8,338 nt of DNA from Octopus sinensis (GCF_006345805.1 NW_021828452.1:1-8338); one strand, 5' to 3'; shown: positions 1-8,015, numbered from the stretch's first letter. The notes: generated by a model not told the origin, from the letters alone. Numbers and translations are program-made.

Positions 1-301
1 TACTTAAATTTTCCTCGAATGAGGCTTTTACATGCCGAAGTCTACTTGGTGTAATGATAATTTTTCCAAATTAATTAATTTCACCCTTCATTATTACGGA
101 TAACCATATTTTATCTCAGTAGATGACCACAGCATCTTGTTTTGGCTACACGCGGGTGGGAAGGGGCTGTTGACACAATCGTTTCATTCACAAATTGAAT
201 TCGGTGATACCAGTTGCGGATTCTAGCTCGCTCTGACACTGAGTTGAGTTGTGCCTTCTGGTATCTCAAAATTCAATATATAATCATTTATGATATAGTA
301 T

Positions 302-411
302 TCTACGCTGAAGAGAAAAGAAGTTTCGGTAAGATAGAATTATTTATTTATATTTAATATTTAATTCCTATGCTTTCCTAAAAACTTGATTTCGAAACGT
401 ACGTCCGTAGA
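302..411 (+). ncRNA. Type I hammerhead ribozyme, copy 1 (core intact; predicted cleavage after 405)
   Basis: Helix I TCTACG 302-307 pairs with CGTAGA 406-411. CTGAAGA at 308-314. Helix II 315-393 is closed by GAAA/TTTC. GAAAC 394-398, GTAC 399-402, GTC 403-405. Confidence 0.9.
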
Positions 412-898
412 TAACTAAAAAAACGTATGATAGATTGCAGTTAATTCATTCTCTTACCTGTTTGTGTCTGCCTTCCAAATGCTGTTTTTACTGAGATCTC
501 CCTTTTTAGTAGAAGAAATAGCTATAACCCTTTGACTACTATTTCTAAATTCGGTATGTGGTAGGCAACTCGTTGCTAAACCCTTATTGCTAAGTATTAC
601 TTAAATTTTCCTCGAATGAGGCTTTTACATGCCGAAGACTACTTGTTGTAATTGATAATTTTTCCAAATTAATTAATTTCACCCTCTTATTACGGATAAC
701 CATATTTTATCTCAGTAGATGACCACAGCATCTTGTTTTGGCTACACGCGGGGGGGAAGGGCTGTTGACACAATCGTTTCATTCACAAATTGAATTCGGT
801 GATACCAGTTGCGGATTCTATCTCGCTCTGACACTGAGTTGAGTTGGTGCCTTCTGGTATCTCAAAATTCCATATATAATCATTTATGATTATAGTAT

Positions 899-1004
899 TC
901 TACGCTGAAGAGAAAAGAGTTTCGGTAAGATAGAATTATTTAATATTTAATATTTAATTCCTATGCTTTCCTAAAAACTTGATTTCGAAACGTACGTCCG
1001 TAGA
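899..1004 (+). ncRNA. Type I hammerhead ribozyme, copy 2 (core intact; cleavage after 998)
   Basis: TCTACG 899-904, CTGAAGA 905-911, GAAAC 987-991, GTC 996-998, CGTAGA 999-1004. Confidence 0.9.
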
Positions 1005-1495
1005 TAACTAAAAAAACGTATGATAGATTGCAGTTAATTCATTCTCTCTTACCTGTTTGTGTCTGCCTTCCAAATGCTGTTTTTACTGAGATCTCCCTTT
1101 TTAGTAGAAGAAATAGCTATAACCCTTTGACTGCTATTTCTAAATTCGGTATGTGGTAAGGCAACTCGTTGCTAAACCCTTATTGCTAAGTATTACTTAA
1201 ATTTTCCTCGAATGAGGCTTTTACATGCCGAAGACTACTTGGTGTAATTGATAATTTTTCCAAATTAATTAATTTCACCCTTCATTATTACGGATAACCA
1301 TATTTTATCTCAGTAGATGACCCAGCATCTTGTTTTGGCTACACGCGGGTGGAAGGGGCTGTTGACACAATCGTTTGTTTCATTCACAAATTGAATTCGG
1401 TGATACCATTGCGGATTCTAGCTCGCTCTGACACTGAGTTGAGTTGGTGCCTTCTGGTATCTCAAAATTCATATATAATCATTATGATTATAGTA

Positions 1496-1604
1496 TCTAC
1501 TACTCTGAAGAGAAAAGAAGTTTCGGTAAGATAGAATTATTTAATATTTATATTTAATTCCTATGCTTTCCTAAAAACTTGATTTCGAAACGTACGTCCG
1601 TAGA
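1496..1604 (+). ncRNA. Type I hammerhead ribozyme, copy 3 (helix I 5' strand altered)
   Basis: CTGAAGA 1505-1511 and GAAACGTACGTC^CGTAGA (cleavage after 1598) are present. The 5' strand reads TCTACTACT instead of TCTACG, which breaks the core-adjacent pair. Confidence 0.6.
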
Positions 1605-2104
1605 ACTAAAAAAACGTAATGATAGATTGCATTAATTCATTCTCTCTCTTACCTTTTGTGTCTGCCTTCCAAATGCTGTTTTTACTGAGATCTCCTTTTT
1701 AGTATAAGAAATAGCTATAACCCAAAACCCTTTGAGACTGCTATTTCTAAATTCGGTATTGGTAAGGCAACTCGTTGCTAAACCCTTATTGCTAAGTATT
1801 ACTTAAATTTTCTTCCCGAATGAGGCTTTTACATGCCGAAGACTACTTGGTGTAATTGATATTTTTTTTCCAAATTATTAATTTCACCCTTCATTATTAC
1901 GGATAACCATATTTTATCTCAGTAGATGACCACAGCATCTTGTTTTGGCTACACGCGGTGGGAAGGGGCTGTTGACACAATGTTTCATTCACAAATTGAA
2001 TTCGGTGATACCAGTTGCGGATTCTAGCTCGCTCTGACACTGAGTTGAGTTGGTGCCTTCTGGTATCTCAAAATTCAATATATAATCATTTATGATTATA
2101 GTAT

Positions 2105-2213
2105 TCTAACGCTGAAGAGAACAGAAGTTTCGGTAAGATAGAATTATTTAATATTTAATATTTAATTCCTATGCTTTTCCTAAAAACTTGATTTCGAAAC
2201 GTACGTCCGTAGA
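2105..2213 (+). ncRNA. Type I hammerhead ribozyme, copy 4 (1-nt insertion in helix I; cleavage after 2207)
   Basis: TCTAACG-CTGAAGA (core 2112-2118). Helix II begins GAAC instead of GAAA. GAAAC 2196-2200, GTC 2205-2207, CGTAGA 2208-2213. Confidence 0.75.
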
Positions 2214-2710
2214 TAACTAAAAAAACGTATGATATATTGCAGTTAATTCATTCTCTCTTACCTGTGTTTCTGCCTGCCTTTCCAAATGCTGTTTTTACTG
2301 AGATCTCCCTTTTTAGTAGAAGAAATAGCTATAACCCTTTGACTGCTATTTCTAAATTCGGTATGTGGTAAGGCAACTCGTTGCTAAACCCTTATTGCTA
2401 AGTATTACTTAAATTTTCTTCGAATGAGGCTTTTACATGCCGAAGACTACTTGGTGTAATTGATAATTTTTCCAATTTTAATTCAAACCCTTCATTATTA
2501 CGGATAACCATATTTTAATCTCAGTAGATGACCACGCAAGCAGCTTGTTTTGGCTACACGCGGGTGGGAAGGGGCTGTTGACACAATCGTTTCATTCACA
2601 ATTGAATTCGGTGATACCAGTTGCGGATTCTAGCTCGCTCTGACACTGAGTTGAGTTGGTGCCTTCTGGTATCTCAAAATTCATATATAATCATTTATGA
2701 TTATAGTATT

Positions 2711-2817
2711 TCTTACGCTGAAGAGAAAAGAAGTTTCGGTAAGATAGAATTATTTAATATTTAATATTTAATTCCTATGCTTTCCTAAAAACTTGATTTC
2801 GAAACGTACGGCGTAGA
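2711..2817 (+). ncRNA. Type I hammerhead ribozyme, copy 5 (cleavage triplet lost)
   Basis: CTGAAGA 2718-2724 is present. The 3' side reads GAAACGTACG-G-CGTAGA (2801-2817), with no GTC triplet. Confidence 0.55.
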
Positions 2818-3305
2818 ATAACTAAAAAACGTATGATAGATTGCAGTTAATTCTTTCTCTCTACCTTTTGGTCTGCCTTCCAAATGCTGTTTTTTAACTG
2901 AGATCTTCCTTTTTAGTAGAAGAAATAGCTATAACCCTTTGACTGCTATTCTAAATTCGGTATGTGGTAAGGCAACTCGTTGCTAAACCCTTATTGCTAT
3001 AATTACTTAAATTTTCCTCGAATGAGGCTTTTACATGCCGAAGACTACTTGGTGTATTGATAATTTTTCCAAATTAATTAATTTCACCCTTCATTATTAC
3101 GGATAACCATATTTTATTTCAGTAGATGACCACAGCATCTTGTTTTGGCTACACGCGGGTGGGAAGGGGCTGTTGACACAATCGTTTCATTCACAAATTG
3201 AATTCGGTGATACCAGTTGCGGATTCTAGCTCGCTCTGACACTGAGTTGAGTTGGTGCCTTCTGTATCTCAAAATTCAATATATAATCATTTATGATTAT
3301 AGTAT

Positions 3306-3410
3306 TCTACGCTGAAGAGAAAAGAAGTTTCGGTAAGATAGAATTATTTAATTTTAATATTTAATTCTATGCTTTCCCCAAAACTTGATTTCGAAACGTA
3401 CGTCCGTAAT
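3306..3410 (+). ncRNA. Type I hammerhead ribozyme, copy 6 (core intact, helix I shortened; cleavage after 3404)
   Basis: TCTACG 3306-3311, CTGAAGA 3312-3318, then GAAACGTACGTC. The 3' strand reads CGTAAT rather than CGTAGA. Confidence 0.75.
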
Positions 3411-3904
3411 AACTAACTAAAAAAACGTATGATAGATTGCAGTTAATTCATTCTCTCTTACCTGTTTGTGTCTGCCTTCCAAATGCTGTTTTTACTGAGA
3501 TCTCCCTTTTTAGTAGAAGAAATAGCTATAACCCTTTGACTACTATTTCTAAATTCGGTATGTGGTAAGGCAACTCGTTGCTAACCCTTATTGCTAAGTA
3601 TTACTTAAATTTTCCTCGAATGAGGCTTTTACATGCCGAAGACTACTTGGTGTAATTGATAATTTTTCCAAATTAATTAATTTCACCCTTCATTATTACG
3701 GATAACCATATTTTATCTCAGTAGATGACCACAGCATCTTGTTTTGGCTACACGCGGGTGGGAAGGGGCTGTTGACACAATCGTTTCATTCACAAATTGA
3801 ATTGGTGATACCATTTGCGGATTCTAGCTCGCTCTGACACTGAGTTGAGTTGGTGCCTTCTGGTATCTCAAAATTCAATATATAATCATTTATGATTATA
3901 GTAT

Positions 3905-4010
3905 TCTACGCTGAAGAGAAAAGAGTTTCGGTAAGATAGAATTATTTAATATTTAATATTTAATTCCTATGCTTTCCTAAAAACTTGATTTCGAAACGTA
4001 CGTCCGTAGA
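3905..4010 (+). ncRNA. Type I hammerhead ribozyme, copy 7 (core intact; cleavage after 4004)
   Basis: TCTACG 3905-3910, CTGAAGA 3911-3917, GAAACGTACGTC^CGTAGA ending at 4010. Confidence 0.9.
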
Positions 4011-4498
4011 TAACTAAAAAAACGTATGATAGATTGCAGTTAATTCATTCTCTCTTCCTGTTTGTGTCTGCCTTCCAAATGCTGTTTTTACTGAGATCTC
4101 CCTTTTTAGTAGAAGAAATAGCTATAACCCTTGACTGCTATTTCTAAATTCGGTATGTGGTAAGGCAACTCGTGCTAAACCCTTATTGCTAAGTATTAAC
4201 TTAAATTTTCCTCGAATGAGGCTTTTACATGCCGAAGACTACTTGGTGTAATTGATAATTTTTCCAAATTAATTAATTCAACCTTCATTATTACGATACC
4301 ATATTTTATCTCAGTAGATGACCACAGCATCTTGTTTTGGCTACACGCGGGTGGGAAGGGGCTGTTGACACAATCGTTTCATTCACAAATTGAATTCGGT
4401 GATACCAGTTGCGGATTCTAGCTCGCTCTGACACTGAGTTGAGTTGGTGCCTTCTGGTATCTCAAAATTCAATATATAATCATTTATGATTATAGTAT

Positions 4499-4604
4499 TC
4501 TACGCTGAAGAGAAAAGAAGTTTCGGTAAGATAGAATTATTTAATATTTAATATTTAATTCCTATGCTTCCTAAAAACTTGATTTCGAAACGTACGTCCG
4601 TAGA
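4499..4604 (+). ncRNA. Type I hammerhead ribozyme, copy 8 (core intact; cleavage after 4598)
   Basis: TCTACG 4499-4504, CTGAAGA 4505-4511, GAAACGTACGTC^CGTAGA ending at 4604. Confidence 0.9.
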
Positions 4605-5090
4605 TAACTAAAAAACGTATGATAGATTGCAGTTAATTCATTCCTCTTACCTGTTTTTTGTGTCTGCCTTCCAAATGCTGTTTTTACTGAGATCTCACTT
4701 TTTAGTAGAAGAAATAGCTATAACCTTGACTGCTATTTCTAATTCGGTATGTGGTAAGGCAACTCGTTGCTAAACCCTTATTGCTAAGTATTACTTAAAT
4801 TTTCCTCGAATGAGGCTTTTACATGCCGAATACTACTTGGTGTAATTGATAATTTTTTTTCCAATTAATTAATTTCACCTTCATTATTACGGATAACCAT
4901 ATTTTATCTCAGAGAATGACCACAGCATCTTGTTTTGGCTACACGCGGGTGGGAAGGGGCTGTTGACACAATCGTTCATTCACAAATTGATTCGGTGTGA
5001 TACAGTTGCGATTCTAGCTCGCTCTGACACTGAGTTGAGTTGGTGCCTTCTGTTCTCAAAATTCAATATATAATCATTTATGTATAGTAT

Positions 5091-5194
5091 TCTACGCTGA
5101 AGAGAAGAAGTTTCGGTAAGATAGAATTATTTAATATTTAATATTTATTCCTATGCTTTCCTAAAAACTTGATTTCGAAACTTACGTCCGTAGA
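5091..5194 (+). ncRNA. Type I hammerhead ribozyme, copy 9 (helix III loop TTAC; cleavage after 5188)
   Basis: TCTACG 5091-5096, CTGAAGA 5097-5103, GAAAC-TTAC-GTC^CGTAGA. The helix III palindrome is broken by G>T at 5182. Confidence 0.8.
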
Positions 5195-5684
5195 TACCCT
5201 AAAAAACGTATGATAGATTGCAGTTAATTCATTCTCTCTTACCTGTTTGTGTCTGCCTTCCAAATGCTGTTTTTACTGAGATCTCCCTTTTTAGTAAAGA
5301 AATAGCTATAACCTTTGACTGCTATTTCTAAATTCTGTAATGTGGTAAGGCAACTCGTTGCTAAACCCTTATTGCTAAGTATTACTTAAATTTTCCTCGA
5401 ATGAGGCTTTTACATGCCGAAGCCTACTTGTGTAATGATAATTTTTCCAAATTAATTAATTTCACCCTTCATTATTACGGATAACCATATTTTATCTCAG
5501 TAGATGACCACAGCATCTTGTTTTTGGCTACACGCGGGTGGGAAGGGGCTGTGGACACAATCGTTTCATTCACAAATTGAATTCGTGATACAGTTGCGGA
5601 TTCTAGCTCGCTCTGACACTGAGTTGAGTTGGTGCCTTCTGGTCTCTCAAAATTCAATATATAATCATTATGATTATAGTATTC

Positions 5685-5788
5685 TCTACGCTGAGAGAAA
5701 AGAAGTTTCGGTAAGATAGAATTATTTAATATTTAATATTTATTCCTATGCTTTCCTAAAACTTGATTTCGAAACGTACGTCCGTAGA
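5685..5788 (+). ncRNA. Type I hammerhead ribozyme, copy 10 (1-nt deletion in core)
   Basis: TCTACG 5685-5690 is followed by CTGAGA, one A short of CTGAAGA. The 3' half GAAACGTACGTC^CGTAGA (5771-5788) is intact. Confidence 0.6.
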
Positions 5789-6278
5789 TACTAAAAAACG
5801 TATGATAGATTGCAGTTAATTCATTCTCTCTTACCTGTTTGTGTCTGCCTTCCAAATGCTGTTTTTACTGAGATCTCCCTTTTTAGTAGAAGAAATAGCT
5901 ATAACCCTTTGACTACTATTTCTAAATTCGGTATGTGGTAAGGCAACTCGTTGCTAAACCCTTATTGCTAAGTATTACTTAAATTTTCCTCGAATGAGGC
6001 TTTTACATGCCGAAGACTACTTGGTGTAATTGATAATTTTTCCAAATTAATTAATTTCACCCTTCATTATTACGGATAACCATATTTTATCTCAGTAGAT
6101 GACCACAGCATCTTGTTTTGGCTACACGCGGGTGGGAAGGGGCTGTTGACACAATCGTTTCATTCACAAATTGAATTCGGTGATACCAGTTGCGGATTCT
6201 AGCTCGCTCTGACACTGAGTTGAGTTGGTGCCTTCTGGTATCTCAAAATTCATATATAATCATTTATGATTATAGTAT

Positions 6279-6384
6279 TCTACGCTGAAGAGAAAAGAAG
6301 TTTCGTAAGATAGAATTATTTAATATTTAATATTTAATTCCTATGCTTTCCTAAAAACTTGATTTCGAAACGTACGTCCGTAGA
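6279..6384 (+). ncRNA. Type I hammerhead ribozyme, copy 11 (core intact; cleavage after 6378)
   Basis: TCTACG 6279-6284, CTGAAGA 6285-6291, GAAACGTACGTC^CGTAGA ending at 6384. Confidence 0.9.
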
Positions 6385-6876
6385 TAACTAAAAAAACGTA
6401 TGATAGATTGCAGTTAATTCATTCTCTCTTACCTGTTTGTGTCTGCCTTCCAAATGCTGTTTTTACTGAGATCTCCCTTTTTAGTAGAAGAAATAGCTAT
6501 AACCCTTTGACTGCTATTTCTAAATTCGGTATGTGGTAAGGCAACTCGTTGCTAAACCCTTATTGCTAAGTATTACTTAAATTTTCCTCGAATGAGGCTT
6601 TTACATGCCGAAGACTACTTGGTGTAATTGATAATTTTTCCAAATTAATTAATTTCACCCTTCATTATTACGGATAACCATATTTTATCTCAGTAGATGA
6701 CCTCAGCATCTTGTTTTGGCTACACGCGGGTGGGAAGGGGCTGTTGACACAATCGTTTTCATCACAAATTGAATTCGGTGATACCAGTTGCGGATTCTAG
6801 CTCGCTCTGACACTGAGTTGAGTTGGTGCCTTCTGGTATCTCAAAATTCAATATATATCATTTATGATTATAGTAT

Positions 6877-6980
6877 TCTACGCTGAAGAGAAAAGATTTC
6901 GGTAAGATAGAATATTTAATATTTAATATTTAATTCCTATGCTTTCCTAAAAACTTGATTTCGAAACGTACGTCCGTAGA
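6877..6980 (+). ncRNA. Type I hammerhead ribozyme, copy 12 (core intact; cleavage after 6974)
   Basis: TCTACG 6877-6882, CTGAAGA 6883-6889, GAAACGTACGTC^CGTAGA ending at 6980. Confidence 0.9.
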
Positions 6981-7469
6981 TAACTAAAAAAACGTATGAT
7001 AGATTGCAGTTAATTCATTCTTTCTTACCGTTTTTGTCTGCCTTCCAAATGCTGTTTTTACTGAGATCTCCCTTTTTAGTAGAAGAAATAGCTATAACCC
7101 TTTGACTGCTATTTCTAAATTCGGTATGTGGTAAGGCAACTCGTTGCTAAACCCTTATTGCTAAGTATTACTAAATTTCCTCGAATGAGGCTTTTACATG
7201 CCGAAGACTACTTGGTGTAATTGATAATTTTTCCAAATTAATTAATTTCACCTTCATTATTACGGATAACCATATTTTATCTCAGTAGATGACCACAGCA
7301 TCTTGTTTTGGCTACACGCGGGTGGGAAGGGGCTGTTGACACAATCGTTTCATTCACAAATTGAATTCGGTGATACCAGTTGCGGATTCTAGCTCGCTCT
7401 GACACTGAGTTGAGTTGGTGCCTTCTGGTATCTCAAAATTCAATATATAATCATTTATGATTATAGTAT

Positions 7470-7576
7470 TCTACGCTGAAGAGAAAAGAAGTTTCGGTAA
7501 GATAGAATTATTTAATATTTAATATTTAATTCCTATGCTTTCCTAAAAACTTGATTTCGAAACGTACGTCCGTAGA
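7470..7576 (+). ncRNA. Type I hammerhead ribozyme, copy 13 (matches consensus; cleavage after 7570)
   Basis: TCTACG 7470-7475, CTGAAGA 7476-7482, helix II 7483-7558 (76 nt), GAAAC 7559-7563, GTAC 7564-7567, GTC 7568-7570, CGTAGA 7571-7576. Confidence 0.92.
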
Positions 7577-7761
7577 TAACTAAAAAAACGTATGATAGAT
7601 TGCAGTTAATTCATTCTCTCTTACCTGTTTGTGTCTGCCTTCCAAATGCTGTTTTTACTGAGATCTCCCTTTTTAGTAGAAGAAATAGCTATAACCCTTT
7701 GACTGCTATTTCTAAATTCGGTATGTGGTAAGGCAACTCGTTGCTAAACCTTATTGCTAAG

Positions 7762-7795
<34 letters not shown>

Positions 7796-8015
7796 TAAAT
7801 ATATGTATGTATGTGTGTGTGTATGTATGTATATATGTATGTATGTATGTATGTATGTGTGTATGTATGTATGCATGTATGTATGCATGTATGTATGTAT
7901 ATATGTATGTATGTATATATATATGAACCTATGTATGTATGTATCTATGTATGTATGCATATAGGTATGCATGTATGTATGTATGAATGTGATTGTGTGT
8001 GTATGTGTGTGAATG
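7762..8015. repeat. Compound microsatellite (TA)n / (TATG)n / (TG)n
   Basis: A (TA)n tract from 7762 grades into degenerate TATG/TGTG/CATG tetramers up to about 8015. Confidence 0.95.

Larger units (their letters stand above)
1..7764 (+). repeat. Tandem array of 13 complete ~600-bp units (unit starts 1, 598, 1194, 1800, 2406, 3004, 3602, 4197, 4792, 5383, 5976, 6574, 7169)
   Basis: The anchor TACTTAAATTTTCCTCGAATGAGG (or a near-identical variant) recurs at the listed positions, and each unit ends in ...TTATTGCTAAGTAT or a close variant. Units are colinear and differ mainly by 1-nt indels. Restoring the evident deletions in units 11 and 13 gives a 600-bp consensus. Confidence 0.99.
1..7764 (+). 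mobile_element. Probable non-autonomous hammerhead-ribozyme retroelement array (non-LTR retrozyme-like, ribozyme satellite, or tandem Penelope-like pLTR)
   Basis: Seen: non-coding tandem units with one type I hammerhead each, ending in a microsatellite. Established: this architecture is known from non-LTR retrozymes, Schistosoma Sm-alpha, newt satellite 2, Dolichopoda pDo500 and Penelope-like element pLTRs. No RT or endonuclease is present in the window, so mobility is inferred. Confidence 0.65.

Noticed and set aside
9-40. TCCTCG resembling the L3 loop of an HDV-like ribozyme
   Set aside because: No compatible P3 or P1 helix and no GG for P1.1 could be built. CCTC-GAAT-GAGG is more simply a hairpin.
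1-597. Endless rolling ORF on a 600-nt circle (length divisible by 3)
   Set aside because: All six frames hit a stop within about the first 105 nt of the consensus unit.
1349-1534. 61-aa ORF, and likewise the ORFs at 5475-5657 and 5504-5719
   Set aside because: Each is open in only one copy because of private indels. The consensus unit has stops in these frames, and the peptides resemble no family I recognise.
7320-7332. G-quadruplex at GGGTGGGAAGGGG
   Set aside because: Only three G-tracts are present, too few for a canonical intramolecular three-tier quadruplex.
7289-7340. SECIS-like ATGA...TGA quartet
   Set aside because: Only about 5 bp (ACAGC/GCTGT) follow the quartet, there is no correctly placed apical AA, and there is no upstream ORF.
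7555-7563. Pol III B-box-like TTTCGAAAC
   Set aside because: It is fully explained by the helix II end plus the hammerhead GAAAC. There is no convincing A box, and several T5 runs in the unit would terminate Pol III.
7692-7698. Telomere-like motifs TAACCCT and TAAACCCT in the unit, and TTAGGG at 8022-8027
   Set aside because: These are single short copies, expected by chance, with no tandem telomeric repeat.
7656-7713. Second hammerhead from CTGAGAT...GAAATAGC...GCTATT, or a minus-strand hammerhead
   Set aside because: CTGAGAT is not CUGANGA, no helix I forms, and position 17 would be U. No TCNTCAG occurs on the + strand, so there is no minus-polarity core.
1-7764. CRISPR array, or tandem 5S rRNA, tRNA, snRNA or spliced-leader gene cluster
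   Set aside because: There are no unique spacers and no 5S, cloverleaf or U-snRNA similarity. CTTACCTG resembles the U1 5' end and GGCTTTTAC the U5 loop, but the surrounding sequence does not match. Donor-like motifs are not followed by a convincing Sm site in an SL-type fold.
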